A stretch of DNA of 63,685 bases, the filler included, from Octopus bimaculoides (Eukaryota): assembly GCF_001194135.2 (NCBI RefSeq). It is 5 parts of 5 records of this genome, joined end to end, with 100 filler letters (N's around TTAATTAATTAA, not from the genome) between each part and the next. Parts side by side here need not be neighbours in the genome. Positions count along the whole stretch, not along the records: positions 1 to 4,526 come from NC_069010.1; positions 4,627 to 12,010 come from NW_026329440.1; 3 more parts are not named here. One strand, given 5' to 3'. Every line of letters begins with the position of its first letter. Position 1 is the first letter of the stretch. Shown here in pieces: positions 1 to 11,739 of this stretch. Both the position numbers and the translations under genes were made by a program. Under the pieces are notes generated by a model, which did no database searches, was not told the origin of the DNA, and saw only the letters and a list, made by a program, of their open reading frames with translations.

Positions 1-695
1 GATGGCTTGAATCTGTAATCTTCTAATCAGCCTTTTTCTTTCAGGTTTTGAGAACCCTAATTTTTCCAGGTTTTTGTTGAGGCAGTTCGTTACATATCCC
101 AATGCCCCAACAATCACGAGTATGAATCTGAACTTGTATGTATGTATGCGTGTATGTATGTATGTGTGTATGTATGTATGTATGTATGCATGTATGTATG
201 CATTGTACATGTGTGTGGGTTTGTATATGTATGTATTTGTATACATGTATGTATATGTGCGTATGTATATATATATATATGTGCGTATGCATGTATGTAT
301 ATATGTATACATATGTATGTATGTATGTATTGCAATGTTATTATCAGTCCGAATATGCTTGATGCATGTTCGAACTGGGGAACAAGCTACTCACTGTGCT
401 TCCACTTTAATAAGCTAATCATAGGACGATTTTTGATAAAAGTCTACTTAAGATGGATGCTTCCGCGACAGTTCTGAGTTATAAGTTTTTGGCATAGGCT
501 ATCTTAGACTACACTAACTACTTTGTCCTGCTCGTCATTGAAAAACTGAAGTGTGCCTTGAAGGATATTCCAGTATCTTTTTTTAGAGACTCCATTAGTG
601 GCTTGATGTACTTACTTATTTCTGTTTTGTTACAATTTTTCTACAGGTGGCGCTCAGCGACATTCATTGAAGAATCTTTAACTGAAAATATTTAC

Positions 696-3645
696 ATGGA
701 CAGCATCGAACTGGGTGGATATGGCGCTAGTAGTGGAGAAAGAGAGAGAGGTGGTAGAGGACAATATGACAATGGTGGTAGTGGTGGTGGAGGTAAAATA
801 TGGGAAGGAATTGGTGTGTTGTGGTTAATGGTAGTAGAATCAAATCATCTTATATTTCAGGATTTGCCAATTGTATGGCGGAGACGTATTGGTGAGGGAA
901 CAGAAGGAAGAGTTACTATACGGGGAGGAATGTTTGCTAGTGTACAGGTAGGGAGTGGTCGGGTAGGAGGATTCTTAATGAGGTCGATATGGAAACCAGA
1001 CTATTGTTCGACGGTTTTACCGATTGCATGGCACAGCCATATTGGTGAGGGAATAGAAGGAAGAATAATTGAACTGGAAGATGAAGTATGCGAAGCGGTT
1101 TGTATGCCACGGTGTACTCGAGATAATTTGCGGCACCTGTCTATTGCATGCAGGTGGGATATCCAAGGTGGATTAGAGGTAAGGGTTTTTGGGACGAACA
1201 GGATTAGGAGGGGGTGGTTTTATAGTGTGGATGAAATTGTAGAGGAAAGGAATGGCAATAGAATGGGAGGAGCTGCTAGGGTAGAGGGAAGAGATTCTAT
1301 TGTATCGGGAGGTGGTTGTAGTGTAGAGGGAGGAGGTGATAATGTAGAGGGAGGGGATGGTAGGGTAGACGGAGGGGAAGGAGGGGTGGGTGGTAGGCTA
1401 GAGATAAGGAATGGTAATGTAGATGGAGGGCATGAAAAAGTAAAGAAACGGGGTAGTAATGTAGAGGGCGAGGAAGGTAGGGATGAGGAAAGGGAAAGTT
1501 GGGTAGAAGAAGGGGATGGTAGTGTGGGTGGTGGTCACGGTATGGCAAAGAGAAGAGANNNNNNNNNNNNNNNNNNNNNNNNNNNNNNNNNNNNNNNNNN
1601 NNNNNNNNNNNNNNNNNNNNNNNNNNNNNNNNNNNNNNNNNNNNNNNNNNNNNNNNNNNNNNNNNNNNNNNNNNNNNNNNNNNNNNNNNNNNNNNNNNNN
1701 NNNNNNNNNNNNNNNNNNNNNNNNNNNNNNNNNNNNNNNNNNNNNNNNNNNNNNNNNNNNNNNNNNNNNNNNNNNNNNNNNNNNNNNNNNNNNNNNNNNN
1801 NNNNNNNNNNNNNNNNNNNNNNNNNNNNNNNNNNNNNNNNNNNNNNNNNNNNNNNNNNNNNNNNNNNNNNNNNNNNNNNNNNNNNNNNNNNNNNNNNNNN
1901 NNNNNNNNNNNNNNNNNNNNNNNNNNNNNNNNNNNNNNNNNNNNNNNNNNNNNNNNNNNNNNNNNNNNNNNNNNNNNNNNNNNNNNNNNNNNNNNNNNNN
2001 NNNNNNNNNNNNNNNNNNNNNNNNNNNNNNNNNNNNNNNNNNNNNNNNNNNNNNNNNNNNNNNNNNNNNNNNNNNNNNNNNNNNNNNNNNNNNNNNNNNN
2101 NNNNNNNNNNNNNNNNNNNNNNNNNNNNNNNNNNNNNNNNNNNNNNNNNNNNNNNNNNNNNNNNNNNNNNNNNNNNNNNNNNNNNNNNNNNNNNNNNNNN
2201 NNNNNNNNNNNGTTGCTAATGGACTTGGATGGGTGGCTAGTTCTGCAATGGAATTGTCTGGTGAGGGATTAAAAAAAGTTGCTAATGGACTTGGATGGGC
2301 TGCTAATGGTTCAATGAAATTGGCTGGTAATGGAGTGAGAAATGTTGCTAATGGACTTGGATGGGTGGCTAGTTCTGCAATGGAATTGTCTGGTGAGGGA
2401 TTAAAAAAAGTTGCTAATGGACTTGGATGGGCTGCTAATGGTTCAATGGAATTGGTTGGTAATGGAGTGAGAAATGTTGCTAATGGACTTGGATGGTTTG
2501 CTAGTAGTGCAATGGAATTCGCTGGCAAAGGAGTAGAATATGTTGCTAATGGACTTGGATGGTTTGCTAGTAGTGGAATGAAATTGTTTGGAATAGGTTC
2601 TAGTGGTGTCATGCAATGGGTTGGTAGTAAAATGTCATGGCTTGCTAATAAACTAGAATGGCTTAGCTCTGGAATGGATTGGTTCAGTAGCGTATTGAGA
2701 AAGGTTCGTTACAGCCTCAATCTTGTTAGAAGTTTAGTGGAAGGGGTTAGTACTAGATTAAAACAGATTGGTAGAATAATGGGATTGGTTGTCAATAGTA
2801 TAGCGGGAATAGTTCATAGTGTAGTGGGATGGGTTGCTCATAGTGCCGTGGGAAAGTTTATTTTTAGTGTAGTGGAATGGACTGCCCGTACCGCAGTGGG
2901 GTGGTTACTTCTGAGTGTACTGAAATTGGTTGTTAGAGCGGTAGGAAAGACTTTCCTGAATGTTATAAGAGGTATTGCTACTCTACTGGAATTGTTTGGT
3001 GCTGTAGCGCAATTGGATTTTAGTAGAGTGAAAGATGCCATTAATAGTTTAGAGAAAAATATTGTCGAAGTACTAAAAATGCTTTATAAAGTATTTGGAT
3101 GGCTTTTGACTGGATTGAGGTACATTTCTTGTCCACACAAATGGTTTGATAAAGTATTGAGAAAGATCGGTAGTGTAGTTTTGTCGTCTTATGCATCTGT
3201 GATAGGCAGGTTGGGTGCTTTACTGATACTGTTTGATAGTATAAGAGGAGAAGGCGATGGACAACCACAAGAGGGCGGTATAATAGGATGGGTTCGTCGG
3301 AGCATAAGAAGATTTTGTAGTAGGGAATTGATAATGTATGGTAAAAGGATGGTAAAGCTGGGTTGTAAAATCAGAGAATCTGGTGTTAGACTGGTAAGTT
3401 ACAATAATGAGATAGAAGAAAATGATGGTGATGTACTAAAAAGGTTTGAAAATGCACTGGAAGTGCTCGAAAGTGGGACCAATAGAGTTGGTAAATTAGC
3501 TTATGTTCTCGCTGGAACAATGAGAATAAATGGTAAAAGACTTGAAGATTTTGCTAGATTTCTAGAAAAGGAAGAAAACTTCTGGTCCATGGTGGGTTGT
3601 ATGGCGTTGATGGTGATAATGTTGGGTGTGTGGTGGATTCTCTGA
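696..3645 (+). CDS. Large single-exon ORF (interrupted by N-gap 1559-2211): Gly/Glu/Arg-rich N-terminus, 22-aa amphipathic repeats, helical region, C-terminal hydrophobic tail anchor; uncharacterised protein
   Basis: Acceptor TTTTTCTACAG|G at 645-647 and in-frame ATG at 696. Frame is open to the gap at 1558 and again from 2212 to TGA 3643-3645. The internal motif LPIxWxxxIGEGxEGR occurs twice (864 and 1017) with synonymous third-position changes (TTG/TTA, CCA/CCG). The protein ends in FWSMVGCMALMVIMLGVWWIL. Continuity across the gap is inferred. Confidence 0.62.
2212..2607 (+). repeat. Coding tandem repeat, 66 bp (22 aa) x6, alternating A/B units (132-bp higher order)
   Basis: GTTGCTAATGGACTTGGATGG starts at 2212, 2278, 2344, 2410, 2476 and 2542 (exact 66-bp period). 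Units are VANGLGWVASSAMELSGEGLKK and VANGLGWAANGSMKLAGNGVRN. More copies probably lie in the adjacent gap. Confidence 0.95.
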
Positions 3646-3873
3646 TACTGTCAGTGGTCAAGGGAAAGTAGTTAGTAATGGCCAATGAATACTGTTGCAA
3701 GTGGCCATCGATAGTGATCAGATCAAGTGGATGTAGTTATATATTAAGGGCTAGAAATTTATAAGAAATGAAAAACAGAAAAATCGATAACAAAATACGA
3801 AAACATTAATGTTAAAAATACGATTTTAAAATGTCCCATGTACCTTATAGGGTAGGAAATAGGGGAGGGATCT

Positions 3874-4025
3874 TTAGCTTGGGTGGATCTGAACACCCCA
3901 TGGTATCAGATTTCTACCATATCTTGGAACTTCTGCTATAAGAGTGATTTGCTTTGGATAGGTTTGAAGGGTAAACTGGACATTTGTAGTTCTTGGATTG
4001 ATTAAAGTGGTTTTCAATGACAGAT
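3874..4025 (-). CDS. Candidate exon of a minus-strand gene (internal to 3918, or terminal to the stop at 3874)
   Basis: Pyrimidine-rich acceptor CTCTCTGCTTTTATTGTTATTGTAG| at 4027-4026. Open frame xLSLKTTLINPRTTNVQFTLQTYPKQITLIAEVPRYG. Phase-compatible with the candidate exon at 8430-8526. Confidence 0.33.
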
Positions 4026-4441
4026 CTACAATAACAATAAAAGCAGAGAGCAGTAACAGTCGCATAAGGGATGTGGCGTTCCTACTTGAAACAGAGCGAG
4101 ATCAGATATCTGAGAGCTACTCCACCCCCGCCATAAACAGTACCATCATAGTTACTACCACAAACCAGGACCACAAAACCACAAGTCACAACCACAACAG
4201 TGACTACCACCAAAACGTCAACCATCACTATAATGACTACACAAACGCCATCACTTGTCCAACCACCTCCATCGCTGCCACAACCACCACAGCCAACACA
4301 TCAGCCACCACTATTCTTACTACTACTGCTTCGAATACCACCACTATCACTGTAACCAGTACTACACGGACAGAGTTGGTGATCAAAACAGTTGACCAAT
4401 GAAAGAGAATGACCACTGAATATGAAATGCAGAAGCTTCAG

Positions 4442-4482
<41 letters not shown>

Positions 4483-4626
4483 GTATATGTTTATATATGT
4501 ATATGTATATGTTTATATATGTATATNNNNNNNNNNNNNNNNNNNNNNNNNNNNNNNNNNNNNNNNNNNNTTAATTAATTAANNNNNNNNNNNNNNNNNN
4601 NNNNNNNNNNNNNNNNNNNNNNNNNN

Positions 4627-4669
<43 letters not shown>

Positions 4670-5177
4670 CATGCATACACATACATATGTATGTACATGC
4701 ATACACACACACACAGGCCATTACTACATCTGCTCTGTACATATATGTGTGTATATATATAGATATATATATTTATATATATACACACACACACACACAT
4801 ATACACTCCTGTGCTGCTGTTCCTCTGATAATGATCTTAATTCAACACAAGATAACAGCTTTGATGTCAGCCTTCTCGTTACTCGGGAAAATCCTTATCA
4901 TCGTTACTGTCGTTACCTTCTCACACGTCTTCCCCCCCCCCTCTCCTAATCACCAACANNNNNNNNNNACCTTCTCACACGTCTTCCCCCCCCCCTCTCC
5001 TAATCACCAACACCATCATTAATAGCATTGTCATCATCAACATCATCATTATTACCACCATCATCATCATTATCGTCATCATCATTATTGTCATCATCAT
5101 CATCATTATCACCATCATATATACATACATACATATGTATATATATATACATATACATACATACATACATACATACA

Positions 5178-5216
<39 letters not shown>

Positions 5217-6243
5217 NNNNNNNNNNNNNNNNNNNNNNNNNNNNNNNNNNNNNNNNNNNNNNNNNNNNNNNNNNNNNNNNNNNNNNNNNNNNNNNNNNNN
5301 NNNNNNNNNNNNNNNNNNNNNNNNNNNNNNNNNNNNNNNNNNNNNNNNNNNNNNNNNNNNNNNNNNNNNNNNNNNNNNNNNNNNNNNNNNNNNNNNNNNN
5401 NNNNNNNNNNNNNNNNNNNNNNNNNNNNNNNNNNNNNNNNNNNNNNNNNNNNNNNNNNNNNNNNNNNNNNNNNNNNNNNNNNNNNNNNNNNNNNNNNNNN
5501 NNNNNNNNNNNNNNNNNNNNNNNNNNNNNNNNNNNNNNNNNNNNNNNNNNNNNNNNNNNNNNNNNNNNNNNNNNNNNNNNNNNNNNNNNNNNNNNNNNNN
5601 NNNNNNNNNNNNNNNNNNNNNNNNNNNNNNNNNNNNNNNNNNNNNNNNNNNNNNNNNNNNNNNNNNNNNNNNNNNNNNNNNNNNNNNNNNNNNNNNNNNN
5701 NNNNNNNNNNNNNNNNNNNNNNNNNNNNNNNNNNNNNNNNNNNNNNNNNNNNNNNNNNNNNNNNNNNNNNNNNNNNNNNNNNNNNNNNNNNNNNNNNNNN
5801 NNNNNNNNNNNNNNNNNNNNNNNNNNNNNNNNNNNNNNNNNNNNNNNNNNNNNNNNNNNNNNNNNNNNNNNNNNNNNNNNNNNNNNNNNNNNNNNNNNNN
5901 NNNNNNNNNNNNNNNNNNNNNNNNNNNNNNNNNNNNNNNNNNNNNNNNNNNNNNNNNNNNNNNNNNNNNNNNNNNNNNNNNNNNNNNNNNNNNNNNNNNN
6001 NNNNNNNNNNNNNNNNNNNNNNNNNNNNNNNNNNNNNNNNNNNNNNNNNNNNNNNNNNNNNNNNNNNNNNNNNNNNNNNNNNNNNNNNNNNNNNNNNNNN
6101 NNNNNNNNNNNNNNNNNNNNNNNNNNNNNNNNNNNNNNNNNNNNNNNNNNNNNNNNNNNNNNNNNNNNNNNNNNNNCTTCTTCTTCTTCCTCTTCTTCTT
6201 CTTCTCATGTACGTGTATATATATATATATATATATATATCTT

Positions 6244-6669
6244 CATCATCGTTTAACGTCCGTTTTCCATGCTAGTATGGGTTGGATGATTTGACCGAGG
6301 ACTGGTGAAACCAGAAGGCTGCACCAGGCTCCAATCTGATTTGGCAGAGTTTCTACAGCTGGATGCCCTTCCTAATGCCAACCATTCCGAGAATGTAGTG
6401 GATGCGTTTTACATGCCACCGGCACGGGTGCCAGTCAGGTGGCACTGGCATTGGCCATGTTTGGTTGGTGGTTTTTACATGCTACTGGGGTCGATGTAAT
6501 CAACTTAATCCCTTTGTCTGTCCTTGGTTGGCGTTAGGAAAGGCATCTAGCTGTAGAAACTCTGCCAGATCAGATTGGAGCCTGGTGCAGCCATCCGGTT
6601 TCACCAGTCCTCAGTCAAATCGTCCAACCCATGCTAGCATGGAAAGCGGACGTTAAACGATGATGATGA

Positions 6670-6673
<4 letters not shown>
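6244..6673. mobile_element. Two copies of an RTE-tail SINE/LINE 3' end in inverted orientation (arms 6244-6384 and 6525-6673)
   Basis: CATCATCGTTTAACGTCCGTTTTCCATGCTAG... on the left is the reverse complement of ...CATGCTAGCATGGAAAGCGGACGTTAAACGATGATGAT on the right. Both carry (GAT)n tails. Confidence 0.85.
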
Positions 6674-6708
<35 letters not shown>

Positions 6709-7768
6709 CATACACATGCACATAAAAGCNNNNNNNNNNNNNNNNNNNNNNNNNNNNNNNNNNNNNNNNNNNNNNNNNNNNNNNNNNNNNNNNNNNNNNN
6801 NNNNNNNNNNNNNNNNNNNNNNNNNNNNNNNNNNNNNNNNNNNNNNNNNNNNNNNNNNNNNNNNNNNNNNNNNNNNNNNNNNNNNNNNNNNNNNNNNNNN
6901 NNNNNNNNNNNNNNNNNNNNNNNNNNNNNNNNNNNNNNNNNNNNNNNNNNNNNNNNNNNNNNNNNNNNNNNNNNNNNNNNNNNNNNNNNNNNNNNNNNNN
7001 NNNNNNNNNNNNNNNNNNNNNNNNNNNNNNNNNNNNNNNNNNNNNNNNNNNNNNNNNNNNNNNNNNNNNNNNNNNNNNNNNNNNNNNNNNNNNNNNNNNN
7101 NNNNNNNNNNNNNNNNNNNNNNNNNNNNNNNNNNNNNNNNNNNNNNNNNNNNNNNNNNNNNNNNNNNNNNNNNNNNNNNNNNNNNNNNNNNNNNNNNNNN
7201 NNNNNNNNNNNNNNNNNNNNNNNNNNNNNNNNNNNNNNNNNNNNNNNNNNNNNNNNNNNNNNNNNNNNNNNNNNNNNNNNNNNNNNNNNNNNNNNNNNNN
7301 NNNNNNNNNNNNNNNNNNNNATATATAGATATATATATATATAGATATATATATATATAGATATATATATATAGATATATATATATATATAGATATATAT
7401 ATATATAGATATATATATATATAGATAGATATATATATAGATATATATATATATATAGATATATATATATATAGATATATATATATATAGACATATATAT
7501 ATATAGACATATATATATATAGACATATATATATATATAGACATATATGTAAATATAAAAATATAGACATACATACATATATGCACCTATATATAGTCAT
7601 TTGATCAGGTCAATTCGAAGTTAATAAGCCAGCCAGATTGTTAGCATTAAGATCCTTGAATAACCCGCTCAAGGCAGCTGATTCCATAACACGAAGAATT
7701 TCGGACCAAAGATAAGCTCTAAGTAGGATATTAACAATATATACTTATATACCTGTACATACATATAT

Positions 7769-7821
<53 letters not shown>

Positions 7822-8141
7822 ACAGTGTTGGTTCTGTGAGATAAGTTTTAAGAGGTATTTTGTGGACATGTTATTCTTTTTGTGTTTGTCTTTTGTTTTT
7901 GATGGGTTTTTTGGTCAAGATTATGGAATAATATATTAAGACCACTTTGATTCTTGGTGGTGGCAAATCGAAAGATGGCTTACAGCTCTGTGTATTGCCA
8001 TTTTGGCAATCATCATCATCATCATCACCACCACCACCATCATCACCGTCATCATCATCATCATCATCATCATCATCTTTGCCATCATCCCCGCCACTAC
8101 CTCCACTGCAATCATCATCAACATCACCATCATCATCCTCG

Positions 8142-8175
<34 letters not shown>

Positions 8176-8429
8176 CATCATCATTACCATCATCACCACT
8201 ACCACCACCACCACCACCACCACTACCACCACCACCATCATCATCATCATCTTCAACAACAATTCTAATAGAAAAAAATTATTAGCCAATCGTATTTTCT
8301 TCCTTTGTTTTTTTTTGTTTTTTTATATATATATATTTTGTTGCATGTCTGCTGAATTAAAAAAAAAAAAAATAATTAAGAAGACACAACAACCACACCA
8401 ACGCCCGCCCGCCCGTACTTCCAACTTAC

Positions 8430-8526
8430 ACCACCACCCCCTTGACCCACACCAGAATAGAAAAACGAAAAGGCGAATAACAGACATTAGATCTATGTCA
8501 CAAAGCGACAAATTAACGGTTGCCAT
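8430..8526 (-). CDS. Candidate first coding exon (signal-peptide-like)
   Basis: AAAATGG start context at 8526. Reads MATVNLSLCDIDLMSVIRLFVFLFWCGSRGWW, then a consensus donor GTAAGT at 8429-8424 (phase 1). No recognised homology. Confidence 0.38.
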
Positions 8527-8642
8527 TTTCGACGGTGGAACCAACATGGTGACTCTGTCTGTCTTGTCATGCAATGTTCCTTGAATGCTATGGCTACAAA
8601 CATCACACAATTATCTGTGAGCTCTAGCGATGAAAGAAAGGC

Positions 8643-8674
<32 letters not shown>

Positions 8675-9047
8675 GGAATAGATTGTGTGGTGATAACAGG
8701 TGATCCTTTCTCAATGGTTGTCACCTGCTTTTGCTCCCCCGTTTTTACTTTTCCTTCTTTTTTTTTACCTCTTTTTCTTCTTGTGATATTCTGCTGCTCT
8801 GTCGTCTTTACTGGTACCATTTCTAATAGCAATGGCGAGAACAACAGCAACAGCTCTAACGACAAGAGAGACTAACAGCTACAGCATTTACATCATTATT
8901 CAGCTACACTGTCGTAGACATATACCTACCTACATACACACACACACACACGCATACATCTATATATATAAAACTGAGAATGTGTGTGTGTCTGTTTGTT
9001 TGTATGTGTGCCTCACTAAAACTCAAGAACTATACGTATGTATATAT

Positions 9048-9480
9048 CATCATCATCATCATCATCATCGTTTAACGTCTGCTTTCCATGCTAGCATGGG
9101 TTGGACGATTTGACTGAGGACTGGTGAAACCGGATGGCAACACCAGGCTCCAATCTAAATTTGGCAGAGTTTTTACAGCTGGATGCCCTTCCTAACGCCA
9201 ACCACTCAGAGAGTGTAGTAGGTGCTTTTACGTGTCACCTGCACGAAGGCCAGTCAGGCGATACTGGCAACGGCCACGCTCGAAATGGTGTCTTTTATGT
9301 GCCACCCGCACAAGCCAGTCCAGGGGCACTGGCAACGATCTCGCTCGAAAATCCTACGGAAGCCAGTCAGGCGGTACTGGCAACGGCCATGCTCAAAATG
9401 GTGCATCTTATGTGCCACCCGCACAAGAGCCAGTCCAGGGGCACTGGCAACAATCTTACTTGGCTTGCCGGGTCTTCTCA
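9048..9480 (-). mobile_element. RTE-tail repeat with internal tandem hairpin units
   Basis: Same (CAT)n-GTTTAACGTC...CATGCTAGCATGGG end as 6244. GCCAGT-N8/9-ACTGGC units at 9249, 9314, 9362 and 9429. Confidence 0.85.
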
Positions 9481-9670
9481 CGCACATATATATATATGTG
9501 TGTATGTATGTATATATATATATATATTTATGTATGTCTATGTATGTATGTATATGTATGTATACATATCTGTATATATATTTATATAAAGATTAGCAGA
9601 GTTAAAAATATGTCCTAGGGAATATCGCAGTATATTAAAAGACTGTATATTAAACCAGTCATTTAATATA

Positions 9671-9895
9671 CAGGGTTGGCCAAAAGTCACCCGACAGTAA
9701 ATCAAGATTCCATAAACACTATCTGTGATCCTGAATTGACTGAAATGGAAAAATGCCACTCAAGAAGGATTCCAGTTTAAACGATTTCCATGATGTTTCA
9801 TATTTAAATGCTTTCATTAAATTCATTCAGTCGTTAAACATAAATAAATCTTGGAATTAAATGATTTACTGTCAGGTGACTTTTGGCCAACCCTG
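9671..9895. mobile_element. Tc1/mariner MITE, 225 bp
   Basis: 34-bp TIRs (CAGGGTTGGCCAAAAGTCACCYGACAGTAAATCA, 1 mismatch). TA on both sides (9669-70, 9896-97). Confidence 0.93.
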
Positions 9896-10179
9896 TATGT
9901 AATATCATATCAGGGACATGTCTTTCATGTCAGTTCACAACATCTGTCTTTTCCAGTCTCTGCTGCTGAAGAGGAGATAACGACTTTGAAATGCATGGAT
10001 CCAAGACTCTGGTTAGGGAGCATTGGGGCTGACTTGATGTATTTACACCTATTCGCCAACAGCGAGAAATTCCCCGAAAGGATGAAAGCAAAGTCAACCT
10101 TGGTGGAATTTGAACTCAGAACATAAAGACATTTCACCCAGTGTGCTAATGTCTCTGCTAGCTTGCCTCCTTTTAAAAG

Positions 10180-10503
10180 GAGCATTTCGTCGGTTACGAC
10201 GGGGAGGGTCCCAGCTGATACGATCAACAGAACAGCTTGCTTATGAAATTAACATGCAAGTGGCTGAGCACTCCACAGACATGTGTACCCTTAACGTAGT
10301 TCTCAGGGAGATTCAGCGTGACACAGAATGTAACAGGGCTGGTCCCTTTGAATTACAGGTACAACTCAACCTTACCAGCTGAGTGGACTGCGGCAGCGTG
10401 AAATAAAGTGTCTTGCACGAGGGCACAATGCATCGCTGGGAATTGAACTTATGACCTTACAATCGTGAGTCGAACGCCCTAACCACTAAGCCACGTGCCT
10501 TCA
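10180..10503 (-). mobile_element. tRNA-derived SINE (tail shared with 27495 and 49831 copies)
   Basis: Minus strand has an A box (TGGCTTAGTGG) and B box (AAGTTCAATTCCC), then the tail GTCACGCTGAATCTCCCTGAGAACTACGTTAAGGGTACAC...GTCGTAACCGACG. Confidence 0.85.
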
Positions 10504-11266
10504 CATTTAAGCACATGTATTCTGTTTAGTCTGGCTTAACATGGAGATGGATTCTTTCGGTTGAAGGTTCAAGACCATAAAGAATACACAAGTAACATCG
10601 AAATACTCGAGGCAAACACTAAATGGTTCCAACCATTATCTTAATAGTGTGTATAAGGGGAGGGCAGCTTTTCAAGTGCAAACAGGAAATGGTTATGGAA
10701 CTGACCAACTGACCACAGGGGAGTCTGTGAAGCAAACATCAAATGGAGGTAATTGACATGGATTGAGTTAATGTAGGAATTTATAGCAAGGAATCTGAAT
10801 TTAATCTGTTGTTTGAAGAATATGTGTGTGTTTGTGTGTGTATGTGAATGTGTGTGTGTGTGTGTGTGTATGTGTATACGTCATTTTTTGATAAATAATA
10901 TATTGGAAAAATAAAAATCAACAGGGTATTTTTGTGTGTATGTATACATGTATACATGTATATATGCATTTATGTATGTATGTATGTATGTATGCATGTA
11001 TGTGTATATGTATGCATGTATGTATGTAGGTACGTATGTATATGTGTATGTATGTATGCATTATGTATGTATGTATATATGTATGTATGTGTGTATGTAT
11101 GCATGTATGTATGCACGTATGTATGTATGTCGTTATTCAGTGCTTTTTACGTGGCACATGCATCAGTGCCTTTTATGTGGCACCAGCGCCAGTGCCTTTT
11201 ACATGGCATCTTGGTTGTAGGATATCAAGTCTATTGTAGTGGGCGTGTCATCTTGAATACAGCACT

Positions 11267-11404
11267 CATCATCATCATCATCATCGAACTCCGTTTTCCA
11301 TGCTGGCATGGGTTGGACATACACTTCACGTCTCAGTTCTTGGACGTCTCCTTGATAAGGCTCAGCGTTTTGAGATTAGTCTTCAATACTTCTTCCCATG
11401 TCTT
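11267..11404 (-). mobile_element. RTE-clade LINE 3' end (reverse transcriptase C-terminal remnant plus tail)
   Basis: Minus strand translates KTWEEVLKTNLKTLSLIKETSKN*DV, matching the RTE C-terminal pattern (KTW.E.V..DL..L.L). It is followed by the TCCAACCCATGCCAGCATGGAAAACGG-(GAT)n tail seen in the 6244/9048 family. Confidence 0.65.
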
Positions 11405-11579
11405 TGAAATGCAGATAGCAGAAAACTGGTGCGAGCATTGCTAACTTAGTATCTCGTTAATTAAATGTTCAAACAGAAATCGTTAAAGGAGAAACATAAT
11501 TACTAAATCAATCCCAAGGACAATTTTTTCCTTTTCTTTCTTTCCTTCATTTTTGTATTTGTTTTCGAAACAATCTTAG

Positions 11580-11739
11580 TGGAGGGAAAGATGGAAAGAA
11601 AACAAGCGAGGCAGGAGATAGAAGTGAGAGAGACAAAGTGAGGGAAAAAAAGGGTGAAAATCAAAGTGAGGTTTTAATTGCAATAAAAACTTCCATCGTT
11701 CTGCTGATGATATTCAAATTTAAATGGACTTTTATTTAA
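11580..11739 (+). CDS. Possible terminal exon (charged segment then hydrophobic C-terminus)
   Basis: Long pyrimidine tract, AG at 11578-79, open frame GGKDGKKTSEAGDRSERDKVREKKGENQSEVLIAIKTSIVLLMIFKFKWTFI*, and AATAAA at 11746. An opposite-strand reading is also possible. Confidence 0.25.

Noticed and set aside
1398-2612. Pro-rich minus-strand ORF over the 66-bp repeats
   Set aside because: Antisense shadow of the + strand ORF. It ends quickly outside the repeats.
3998-4402. 134-aa Thr-rich ORF on the + strand
   Set aside because: Low-complexity ACC/ACT sequence with no recognisable domain. It is better explained as the antisense of GT-rich intronic DNA upstream of a minus-strand acceptor.
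4913-5010. ~43-bp direct repeat across a 10-N gap (also 20029-20133)
   Set aside because: Identical contig-end overlap, an assembly artefact.
7960-8270. Asp/Gly-rich minus-strand frame with an acceptor and a GTAAGC donor
   Set aside because: A mosaic of (GAT)n/(GGT)n microsatellites. Splicing from the 8430 donor would create a TAA stop.
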